Source: Methanobacteriota archaeon (GTDB taxonomy: Archaea; JAADCQ01; Methanopyri; Methanopyrales; Methanopyraceae). From it: a stretch of 64,000 bases of DNA. Each line of letters starts with the position of its first letter. The first letter of the stretch is position 1. The DNA lies in NCBI GenBank assembly GCA_027064425.1, contig JAMOPO010000015.1, positions 256,001 through 320,000 of the forward strand, in the 5' to 3' direction. The notes under the pieces were generated by a model, which had not been told where the DNA came from, did no database searches, and worked only from the letters and a program-made list of their open reading frames with translations. Below are positions 33,862 through 42,105 of this stretch, one piece after another. The translations under genes and the position numbers were made by a program.

Positions 33862-33906
33862 AGCCCGGAATCGTTACGAATTTCGTAACGTTTGAGCGGG
33901 CGAAGG

Positions 33907-34602
33907 TCAGAGGGTGACCTCGTCGGGGCTGCCCTCCTCCACGATCTTACCGTCCCGGAGCACGACCACGCGGTCGGCCCACCGGGTGAGTGACAGGTCG
34001 TGCGTGACCATAACTATGGTCCGACCGTCCTCGTTCAAGCTCTTGAAGACCTCCATGATTCGATGCGAGTTCTTCGTGTCCAACTGACCGGTGGGCTCGT
34101 CCGCCAGGATAACCTCCGGGTCGTTGGCCAGGGCGCGGGCGATGGCTACCCGCTGCCGCTCCCCTCCACTCAGCTGGTTGGGGAACTTGTCGAAGTGCTC
34201 CTCGGAAAGCCCGACCTTCAGCAGCAGGCGCTTGGCCCGCTCTTCGTCCTCCCCGTCCGCGAGGGCCATCGGGAACATCACGTTCTCGAGGACGGTCAGC
34301 GTCTCAATGAGGTTGAACTCCTGGAAAACGAAGCCCACGTACCGGTTGCGGATCCGGGCCAGCTCCCGGTCGCTGAGGTTCGAGATCTCCCTTCCGGCCA
34401 CCTTGACCCGGCCTGAAGTGGGCGTGTCCAGCGCGCCCATGATGTGGAGTAGGGTGGACTTCCCGGAGCCTGAGGGGCCCACGATCATCAGGAACTCGCC
34501 GCGCCGGACCCGGAGGTCCACGCCTCGCAGCGCCTCCACCCGGGTGGGGCCCGAGTTGTACACCTTCCGGACGCCCTCCAGCTCGATGACGACCTCGGCC
34601 AT
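33907..34602 (-). CDS. ABC transporter ATP-binding protein (LolD/MacB-like)
   Basis: GPSGSGKST, LSGGERQR, LADEPTG. Confidence 0.93.
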   Translation of the reverse strand: MAEVVIELEGVRKVYNSGPTRVEALRGVDLRVRRGEFLMIVGPSGSGKSTLLHIMGALDTPTSGRVKVAGREISNLSDRELARIRNRYVGFVFQEFNLIETLTVLENVMFPMALADGEDEERAKRLLLKVGLSEEHFDKFPNQLSGGERQRVAIARALANDPEVILADEPTGQLDTKNSHRIMEVFKSLNEDGRTIVMVTHDLSLTRWADRVVVLRDGKIVEEGSPDEVTL

Positions 34603-34614
34603 TCACCCCTCCCC

Positions 34615-35727
34615 CTACTCGTGGCGAAGGGCCTTCACCGGGTCCACTTTCGCTGCCTTCCACGCTGGGTACAGGCCGGAGAACACGCCGATGCCGATGG
34701 CCACCAGGAAGCCTCGCAGGATGGTATCCGGGGTCACGATCATGGTGATGGCTTTGCCCTCCAGTCGCTGGAGGAGGTCCACCACTACGTAGGTGCCCGC
34801 TACGCCCAGCACGCAGCCCAGCGCGCCGCCGATCAGCGAGATCAGCATCGACTCGACCAGGAATATCTTCATCACGCGGGCCCGGGTGGCGCCGACGGCC
34901 TTCATGACGCCGATCTCGCGCCGGCGCTCGAGGACGGACATGAGCATGGTGTTGGCCACGCCGAGCCCGCCTACGATCCCCGCGATGCAGCTGAGCGCCA
35001 GGCCCGCGATCTCCACGGTCCTCAGGTTGTTAATCATGCCCTGGACGGCCTTGCTGGTCTCGATGGCCTCCACGCCCGGAATCCGCCGCTCGATCTCCCG
35101 CTTTACCCGCCTCGGGTCCGAGGTCTGCACGAACACGCAGCTGACAGCTCGCCCCCGAAGCGCCTTCACGCTGTCCAGCGTCGTGATCATGCACATGTTG
35201 GCCAGCTGGGAGGAGGTCCTGAACTCGCCCGCGAGGCGCAGCTTGACCCCGCCCAGGTCCACGGTGTCTCCGAGCCTGGGCCGTATTTGGTTCCAGGCGA
35301 GGCTGCCGAGCGCCGCCTCACCGTCACCCGGAAGCTTGCCCCGGATCGGCTCCACCCGGGACCCGACGACGAAGTCGTACTGTCCGCGCTCGACCGCCGC
35401 GATCATGATCGGCTGGCGGCGTCCCCCGATCGTCACGACCCGGTTGTTGAACCAGACGGACACCGTGTGCTTAACGCCGGGAATCCTCCGAACCCGCTCC
35501 TCCACGGACTGATCCAACAGGCTGGACAGCGGATCGGGGGCCGTCTTGGACTTAACAATAAGTGAAGCGGAACCACCCAGTGCCACTTTGATGTCGTGCT
35601 GCATCCCCTTGGCCACCGAGGATATACTCACGACGGCCGAGATCCCTATTGCCACACCCAGGATGGTTATCAGCGACCTCACCTTCCTTCTGGCCAAATT
35701 TCTCACAGCCATTTTCAGTGTAATCAA
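34615..35727 (-). CDS. ABC transporter permease (MacB/FtsX-like)
   Basis: RSLITILGVAIG, NTMLMSVLERRREIGVMKAVGA, YPAWKAAKVDPV. Confidence 0.92.
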   Translation of the reverse strand: MITLKMAVRNLARRKVRSLITILGVAIGISAVVSISSVAKGMQHDIKVALGGSASLIVKSKTAPDPLSSLLDQSVEERVRRIPGVKHTVSVWFNNRVVTIGGRRQPIMIAAVERGQYDFVVGSRVEPIRGKLPGDGEAALGSLAWNQIRPRLGDTVDLGGVKLRLAGEFRTSSQLANMCMITTLDSVKALRGRAVSCVFVQTSDPRRVKREIERRIPGVEAIETSKAVQGMINNLRTVEIAGLALSCIAGIVGGLGVANTMLMSVLERRREIGVMKAVGATRARVMKIFLVESMLISLIGGALGCVLGVAGTYVVVDLLQRLEGKAITMIVTPDTILRGFLVAIGIGVFSGLYPAWKAAKVDPVKALRHE

Positions 35728-35791
35728 CGTTCACACCACTCCCACAATCGAACTGAGTGCCCCCTTCAGCCCCGCGCCCGCGTCCGACCAC

Positions 35792-36514
35792 TTAAATTGA
35801 TTCCAGGGATTTCTTTGGCGTGCCCCGGCGCACAGGCTTTCCATAAATCCTTTTAATCTCCTCGGCCTTGACCGACTCGCCCTCCCGCCGGACCGTCGGG
35901 CGCCCGTCCGGCTTGATCGCGTGCACGCGGAACAGCATCCCGTCCAGCTCGTAGATCTCGCCGACGGTGAACTCCTCCTCCCGATCCACCTCGACCTTCT
36001 CCGAGATCGTGTAGCCGGACGGCAGGTTGATCGAGACGCCGATGCGGGCCGGGATGTCCAGCGAGACCGTCCACACCGACTGGATGTCCATCACCCTGGC
36101 CCGCTTCACGCTGTCCTCCTTGTAGGTGGCAATGTTCGTGATCTCGACGCGCTCACCGTCCACTTCCAGCTCGTCACCGACCTCCAGCTCCTCCCACGGG
36201 TCCAGCTTGATCTCCTTGCACTCCGACTCCTCGTACCGGCTGATCGTCACCTTCACCTTCTTCAGCCCGTAAAACACCAGCCGCGCCGGGTTGACGGTAC
36301 CGCAGCTCTCGCACCGGGCCAGCACGTTGGCTATGTACCGCGGGACTCCCTTCTCGTCCGGGCCCTTCTCGTGTACCGTGGCCCGCACGACCTCTTGAGG
36401 CACCTCGTCGTCCGGCGAGCAGCCCGAGCACGGGGCGTAGACGATCCTACCCTCCAGGTCCGAGTCCGACAGGTCCTCCACGGTGGTCTTCGTGTCGATC
36501 GTGATCACGGGCAC
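35792..36514 (-). CDS. Archaeal Zn-finger protein (HVO_0476-like)
   Basis: CSGC...RCESCG pairs, VTISRYEES, IKRIYG; GTG start inferred. Confidence 0.75.
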   Translation of the reverse strand: MPVITIDTKTTVEDLSDSDLEGRIVYAPCSGCSPDDEVPQEVVRATVHEKGPDEKGVPRYIANVLARCESCGTVNPARLVFYGLKKVKVTISRYEESECKEIKLDPWEELEVGDELEVDGERVEITNIATYKEDSVKRARVMDIQSVWTVSLDIPARIGVSINLPSGYTISEKVEVDREEEFTVGEIYELDGMLFRVHAIKPDGRPTVRREGESVKAEEIKRIYGKPVRRGTPKKSLESI

Positions 36515-36536
36515 CACCCCCAGGGGGTCCGGCACG

Positions 36537-36953
36537 TTGGAGGTCAGGATCCGGGCTCGCGGTCACGAGAACGTAACGGGCCGGCACCGGAGCACGTTCG
36601 AGATCACTAAGGACCCGGAGATCGGACCCACGGCGGACTGCATCATAGGGGTCAGGGCGGACCGCGCCTGCGCCGACTTACCGGAGGAGTTCAAGCGTGC
36701 GCTGCGGGCAGGGGCCCGGGTGGAGGTCACGCTGGAGGCGGGCGGCGTCCGAGACCGAGCCGTGGGCAGGGGTGACCCCAGCCTTAAACTCTCTGATGAA
36801 CGCAGCATGGTTTTCCGACGCAGCGATTACGTGGACGAGCGCACCGTGCTCGTCCGGTGCGACAAGGCGGCGCGCGACCTGGACAGAGAGCTCATCGAGC
36901 GGCTCCGGGACCCGGGTACGGTCCTGGAGGTGAGGCTTCGGGTCCTGGAGTGA
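36537..36953 (+). CDS. DUF371 family protein
   Basis: GHENV.G.H.STFEITKD, DCIIGV, KAARDL. Confidence 0.85.
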   Translation: MEVRIRARGHENVTGRHRSTFEITKDPEIGPTADCIIGVRADRACADLPEEFKRALRAGARVEVTLEAGGVRDRAVGRGDPSLKLSDERSMVFRRSDYVDERTVLVRCDKAARDLDRELIERLRDPGTVLEVRLRVLE

Positions 36954-36999
36954 GGGCGCCCGCGCGGGCCATCGTTAAGGGTTTCGTAACAATTGGCCG

Positions 37000-37077
<78 letters not shown>

Positions 37078-37105
37078 TGCCCCGTGCGGTGCGCGCCGGG
37101 TGGTG

Positions 37106-37118
37106 CTATAATAAGGTT
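37106..37118 (-). promoter_or_regulatory. TATA promoter of tRNA-Arg
   Basis: Minus strand AACCTTATTATAG about 30 nt upstream of the tRNA. Confidence 0.7.
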
Positions 37119-37123
37119 GCGGG

Positions 37124-37726
37124 CTAGCGCCGGCCGCGGCGTCCCTCCGGCACGAACACTCGATACTTGTCCCGCGTCTCACCCTTCAGCTCCGCCAGCA
37201 CGCGCTCCTTGATCATGTCCTTCGGGTGCCGGCGCAGCCCCTTCACCCGCTCCTTGATGTCGTCGAGGCTCTCGAACGGCTCCTTCTCGCGCTCCTCCAG
37301 GATCCGCTCGAGCGTTTTCTTCCCGATGCCGGGCAGCAGCTCCAGCTGGTGCAGGCGCGGGGTGATCGGGCGGGCCTCGTTGAAGAACCGGACGAAGTCC
37401 TCCTCGTTGTCCTCAATGATCTTCTCGATGGCGTGGGGAAGCTCCTCCTTGGCCGTCTGCGTGAGGTCGTCGTAGCTGAGGCGACGATCCACGTGGTGGA
37501 TCTTGTCCCGCTTACCCCGGCCCACGTAGACCTCCTCGTGAAGCTCCAGGAAGACGTCATCCTTGGGCGTGAGCTCGAGGAGGATGAAGAAGTCCTTCCC
37601 CACCGCCTGCGCCAGGGGCTTGCGGCGGTGCGGGGGAGCGTCGGGTCGGTAGGGGAGGAAGTCGAGGACTATCGCGTACTCCTCATAGGGCCTCCCCTTG
37701 GGCTGCTTGTACAGTATCTCTACCAT
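37124..37726 (-). CDS. DUF655 predicted RNA-binding protein
   Basis: EEYAIVLDFL, RLHQLELLPGIGKK; conserved position after rpoF. Confidence 0.9.
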   Translation of the reverse strand: MVEILYKQPKGRPYEEYAIVLDFLPYRPDAPPHRRKPLAQAVGKDFFILLELTPKDDVFLELHEEVYVGRGKRDKIHHVDRRLSYDDLTQTAKEELPHAIEKIIEDNEEDFVRFFNEARPITPRLHQLELLPGIGKKTLERILEEREKEPFESLDDIKERVKGLRRHPKDMIKERVLAELKGETRDKYRVFVPEGRRGRR

Positions 37727-37732
37727 TTTGGG

Positions 37733-38140
37733 TCACTCCTCTTCCGATTCTTCTAACCTCTCAGCGACCTCTTGAACGACCTCGAGTATCTCCTTGACCA
37801 CCGCCTCGTCGGCCCGTCTTAGTATCCTTTTGCCCGCGGACTCCAGGACCGTCTTCACCTCCTCCTCGTCCCGCGGCAGCACGTCCAGCAGCCGGTTAAC
37901 CAGGACCTCAATGGTCCGCTCGTTGGCGGTGAGGTCCCTTACCACGGAGCGCAGCTTCTCTCGCGCCTCTTCGAGCTCCTCCTCGTCCAGCTTGCCGAAC
38001 TTCTCCAGGTACTTCAGCGCCTCCCGCTGGTCGTAGGTGAGCTCCGGCTCCCGCTCTTTCAGCACCTTCTCCACCACCTTCCGCGCCTCGTGGACGCTGA
38101 CGGGCCGCCGGCCGCGCACGCGGAGTGAGATGGAGGACAA
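37733..38140 (-). CDS. rpoF: RNA polymerase subunit F (Rpo4)
   Basis: ELTYDQREALKYLEKF.K, LDVLPRDEEEVK; rpl21e-rpoF-DUF655 synteny. Confidence 0.8.
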   Translation of the reverse strand: MSSISLRVRGRRPVSVHEARKVVEKVLKEREPELTYDQREALKYLEKFGKLDEEELEEAREKLRSVVRDLTANERTIEVLVNRLLDVLPRDEEEVKTVLESAGKRILRRADEAVVKEILEVVQEVAERLEESEEE

Positions 38141-38152
38141 GGGAGAACCCCG

Positions 38153-38476
38153 CTACTCCCCTTCACCCTCCTCCATCTCCGGCTGCTTCTGCGGGCGTAG
38201 GTGCTCGGGGGCGACGATCAGCTTCTTCTCCTTGCCGCCGTCCCGGACCTTGACGATGTAGGCGCGCCCCTGCTTTCCGACGATCTCGCCCGTGCGGCCG
38301 TGGAACCGCGGGTGCGGCATCCCGCTGTGAACGCTGGGGTCGATCACGATGTGCACCTTGTCTCCTTTCTTGTACTCGTACATCAGCGGGCTCAGCGGGG
38401 ACAGGCCGCGCTCCCGCGGCTTCTTCCGCAGCTTCTTCCGCGTTCGGCTTCGGAAGCCCTTGGACTTCCTAACCAT
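38153..38476 (-). CDS. rpl21e: 50S ribosomal protein L21e
   Basis: [30 protein letters not shown]. Confidence 0.96.
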   Translation of the reverse strand: MVRKSKGFRSRTRKKLRKKPRERGLSPLSPLMYEYKKGDKVHIVIDPSVHSGMPHPRFHGRTGEIVGKQGRAYIVKVRDGGKEKKLIVAPEHLRPQKQPEMEEGEGE

Positions 38477-38891
38477 TCGAGCCCGCCCCCAGCTCGTGGA
38501 GGATGATCGCGAGCGCGGCGAGCTCTCCCACCTCGGCGCCCACTCCGACGGTGATGTCCGGGTCTACGTCCAGCTCGTCCAGGCGCTCTACGGGCGCGAG
38601 GAGTAGCGTGTCGGACGGGTTTAATTTGTTCAGCCCACCATCCTCCTCCGGGTCGACCAGGGCGAGCTGGCCCTCGGCGAACTTGAGCGCGTCCTCGAGA
38701 GACTCGGTGACCATCACCGGGACGCCGGCCCGCTCCTCCGGGTGTTCGAGGACCTGGTTGATTCCATCGAGGGCCGCCTTGGAGGTGGGGTTGGAGTAGA
38801 TGAGCAGCTCCGCGCCTAAGTTTCCGGCGATCAGCGCCGCGTGATTCACCCGGAAGTGACTGAAGGGCTGGTGGTAGATGACGCGAACCAC
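38469..38891 (-). CDS. Hypothetical protein (weak SPOUT-like appearance)
   Basis: 140-aa ORF tightly packed between pgk and rpl21e with typical codon use. Confidence 0.7.
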   Translation of the reverse strand: MVRVIYHQPFSHFRVNHAALIAGNLGAELLIYSNPTSKAALDGINQVLEHPEERAGVPVMVTESLEDALKFAEGQLALVDPEEDGGLNKLNPSDTLLLAPVERLDELDVDPDITVGVGAEVGELAALAIILHELGAGSNG

Positions 38892-38897
38892 GGCAGG

Positions 38898-40115
38898 TCA
38901 CCCCGTGAACGGGCACGTCGCCACCGCGTCCAGGGCGGGGAGTCGCTCGCCCGCTAGGAGGCGCAGCATGGCCCCGCCACCGGTGCTCACGTGGTCGATG
39001 TCGTCGTACACGCCGCACGCCTTGGAGGCGGCGATGATGTGGCCGCCACCGATCACGGAGAACCCGTCCGCGGAGGCGATGGCGTCGAGGACCTCGTACG
39101 TTCCCTTCTCGAACCCGCGCTCCTCGTAGACTCCCATCGGCCCGTTCGCGATGATCATGCCGGCCCGTCGGATCTCCTCCCGGTACTCGTCCACCGTCTC
39201 GGAGCCGATGTCATAGACCGGTGCGTCGGCCGGCAGCTCCTCAACGTCCACCTCGCGGCGCTCGCCCCCGACGTTCAGCGCCACGTCCTTCGGGATCAGG
39301 ATCTTCCCGTCATCCTCCTCGAGGAGCTCCCGCGCCTCGTCCAGGTAGCGGGTGTAGCCCTTCTCCTCCAGAATCCGGCGGGACGGTCTGCCTAGATCCA
39401 CGCCGGAGGCCCAAAGGAAGAGGTTCCCGACCAGGCCGCCCAGGAGGATGCGGCGCACATTGTCCATTTGCAGGGCCCGGCGGACGACCTTGATCGCATC
39501 GCCGACCTTGGACCCGCCGATGACGAACACGCCGTCCTCCATCTCGTTCTTGACCATGTTCTCCAGAACCTCGAGCTCCCGCTCCATGATCCTGCCCACG
39601 CACGAGGGCAGGCGACGGGTGAATCCCACCAGGGAGGCGTTGGATCGGTGAGCGGCGGCGAAGGCATCGTTAACGAAGACGTCGAACAGCGGGGCCAGGT
39701 TCCTGACCAGGTGCCGGCGGGCGTGCCACTCGGGGTCCCGGTTGATGCGCTCCTCGGCGTAGAACCGGACGTTCTCGAGCAGCAGGACCTGGCCCGGGTC
39801 AAGGGATCGAATCTTCTCCTTCGCCGTGGGTCCGAACACGTCCGGGACGTACTCGAAGTCGTCCAGCTCCTCCGCCATGATCTCCGCGTGCGGCTCCAGC
39901 GTGGTGAAATCGTCCTCGCCCGGTCGACCCTGGTGGGCGAGGATGGCGACCCGGGCGCCCTCCTCGACGAGTTCTTGGATGGTGACCAGGTGGCGCCGAA
40001 TGCGCTCGTCGTCCTCGATCTTGCCGTCCACGATCGTGGAGTTGATGTCCACGCGGAGAAGGACCCACCGCTCCTCGAACTCGAAGTCGTCCATCGTGCG
40101 CACGTTCTCGTACAC
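38898..40115 (-). CDS. pgk: Phosphoglycerate kinase
   Basis: RVDIN, AHQGRPG, LLENVRF, NDAFAAAHR, STGGGA. Confidence 0.96.
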   Translation of the reverse strand: MYENVRTMDDFEFEERWVLLRVDINSTIVDGKIEDDERIRRHLVTIQELVEEGARVAILAHQGRPGEDDFTTLEPHAEIMAEELDDFEYVPDVFGPTAKEKIRSLDPGQVLLLENVRFYAEERINRDPEWHARRHLVRNLAPLFDVFVNDAFAAAHRSNASLVGFTRRLPSCVGRIMERELEVLENMVKNEMEDGVFVIGGSKVGDAIKVVRRALQMDNVRRILLGGLVGNLFLWASGVDLGRPSRRILEEKGYTRYLDEARELLEEDDGKILIPKDVALNVGGERREVDVEELPADAPVYDIGSETVDEYREEIRRAGMIIANGPMGVYEERGFEKGTYEVLDAIASADGFSVIGGGHIIAASKACGVYDDIDHVSTGGGAMLRLLAGERLPALDAVATCPFTG

Positions 40116-40126
40116 GGGACATCCCC

Positions 40127-40678
40127 CTACTGGATCTTGGCGTGGCGCTCCCACATGTCGGACTCGTCCACTCCCAACTCCTCCGCCAGCTGAGCGGCAA
40201 GACCGTCCAAGAAGGACAACATGAGCAGCTCCGAAAACGTGCGAAGTATGACCTCCTCGGGCTCGGGCAGGACCACCAGAACGTCCGCCCGCTCGGCGAT
40301 CTTGGACTCCGCGTTCATCGTGATGGCCAGGACCTCCGCCCCCTCCTCCCGGGCCACGTCCGCCGCGTAGTTCACGAACTCCGTGTTACCGGAGACGCTG
40401 AGCGCTACGAGGAGGTCGTCCGACTTGATGGCCCGCTCCGTGCTGTGCCCGACGATGTAGCATCGAGCGCCCATCTGAACCAGTCGAACCGCGAAGCACT
40501 CACCGATCAGGCCCGTCCGTCCCATCCCGACGATGAATATGCCCCGGTCGTTTTCGATCTTCTCAACCAGCAGGTCCAGCGCCTTGCGAACGTCCTCCTC
40601 GGGCAGGTTGTCGCACGCGTGCTCGATGACCTCCGCCTCGTGCCGCATGATCTCGAGCAGCCGATCCAACCGGCCCAA
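40127..40678 (-). CDS. SIS-domain sugar isomerase (6-phospho-3-hexuloisomerase-like)
   Basis: GMGRTG, SVSGNT, C-terminal H motif. Confidence 0.85.
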   Translation of the reverse strand: MGRLDRLLEIMRHEAEVIEHACDNLPEEDVRKALDLLVEKIENDRGIFIVGMGRTGLIGECFAVRLVQMGARCYIVGHSTERAIKSDDLLVALSVSGNTEFVNYAADVAREEGAEVLAITMNAESKIAERADVLVVLPEPEEVILRTFSELLMLSFLDGLAAQLAEELGVDESDMWERHAKIQ

Positions 40679-40702
40679 GGTCCCGGCCCCGGGAGCGGTT
40701 CG

Positions 40703-41383
40703 TTACTCTAGGCCGGAGGCCAGGTCGAGGAGCGCCTCTTTGGGATCGTCGGCCAGCACGACGCCGGAGGCCACCAGAACGCCATCACTACCCAGCTCGA
40801 TCGCTGCGCGCACGTCCGAGCCGTCGGTGATTCCCGCCCCGCACAGGACTGCCGTGTCCTCGGACACCTCCTTCACCGCCTCCACGCTCCGCTCGACCAC
40901 CTCGGGGTCCGCCTTGGACACCGGCGTGCCCGTCCCGATGAGCTCCGGCGGCTCCACGGCCACCGCGTGAGGCTGCAGCGCGCCCGCGGCCCGGGCGGCC
41001 ATCGAGTCGCTCGCGCACACGATGGTCAGCAGCCCCTCGTTCATGCACGCCCGGCACACGTCCTTTAGATCGTCCAGCCGCATCCGGCGCTCGGAGTGGT
41101 TCAGCAGGGTGCCGTCCGCCCCGGCCGCGGCCACCATCTCGGGCGTCACATGACCCGTGCGGCTCCCGGGCTCCGCGGCGTCCACGGCCTGCGCGAACAC
41201 GACCACGTCGCCGTCGCCCACCTCCTTTACCACGCGGTACAGGTCCGTGTGCGCGGGGCAAATCCCGATCTTCACCCCCACCTCCTCCGCCACCTCCGCG
41301 GCGATCTTCGCGAGTCGAACGGCGTTGTCCCCAACCGCCTCCGAGTACGCCTTGAAGTTGACTACAATGGGCGGAATTCGCAA
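40703..41383 (-). CDS. tpiA: Triosephosphate isomerase
   Basis: VNFKAY, NHSE, VEPPELIGTG, GVLVASG. Confidence 0.96.
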   Translation of the reverse strand: MRIPPIVVNFKAYSEAVGDNAVRLAKIAAEVAEEVGVKIGICPAHTDLYRVVKEVGDGDVVVFAQAVDAAEPGSRTGHVTPEMVAAAGADGTLLNHSERRMRLDDLKDVCRACMNEGLLTIVCASDSMAARAAGALQPHAVAVEPPELIGTGTPVSKADPEVVERSVEAVKEVSEDTAVLCGAGITDGSDVRAAIELGSDGVLVASGVVLADDPKEALLDLASGLE

Positions 41384-41396
41384 GCTCCCGACCCCC

Positions 41397-42041
41397 TCAC
41401 GCCCGCCCGACGATCACCCTATCTACCTTGTCCCCGGGGAATACCCCGCACTCCACGACGCCCGGAACGGACGCGAGCTCCCGCTCCAGCTCCGCGGGAT
41501 CCCAGTCCCCCTCCACCCGTAAGTCGACGATCGGGTTACCGTGATCCGACGTGACCGGCCCGTACTTCTCCTCGCAACGCCGTGGCGAGACCTGACCGAA
41601 CCGCCTCAGCTCCCGCAGTGTCAGCTCGTAGCAGCCCCGGAGCACCTCGACCGGTACGGGCACCTCCCACAGCTCCTCCACCAGCTTCGACTCGTCCACG
41701 ATCACCCAAAACTCGTCCGCCGCGTAGTCGATCGCCTTCTCCAGCGCGTGACAGGCCCCGCCCCCCTTGATCAGGTTCCAGTCATCGTCCACCGCGTCCG
41801 CGCCGTCCACGGCCACCGGGATCTCCTCCGGGGGCACCGCCACGGTCTCCAGCCCCAGCTCCCGGCAGACGGACAGCGTCCCCGGGATCGTGGTGAACAC
41901 TCGAACCTCGGGCAGCCGCTCGGCCAGCTCCCTCAGGAACGCCTCCACCGTCGTCCCCGCACCCACCGCCACCAGGTCAACGCCCTCGGACTCCAGCGCC
42001 TCCACCGCCCGCCGCGCCGCGTCCCGCTTCGCCGCCTCCAA
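41397..42041 (-). CDS. rpiA: Ribose-5-phosphate isomerase A
   Basis: GAGTT, DGAD, KGGG, PGVVECG. Confidence 0.93.
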   Translation of the reverse strand: MEAAKRDAARRAVEALESEGVDLVAVGAGTTVEAFLRELAERLPEVRVFTTIPGTLSVCRELGLETVAVPPEEIPVAVDGADAVDDDWNLIKGGGACHALEKAIDYAADEFWVIVDESKLVEELWEVPVPVEVLRGCYELTLRELRRFGQVSPRRCEEKYGPVTSDHGNPIVDLRVEGDWDPAELERELASVPGVVECGVFPGDKVDRVIVGRA

Positions 42042-42105
42042 CTCCTTACACCCCGGGAAGGATTCTTAACGACCGGAACTGAGCGGACCACGCGGGTGCG
42101 GCCGG

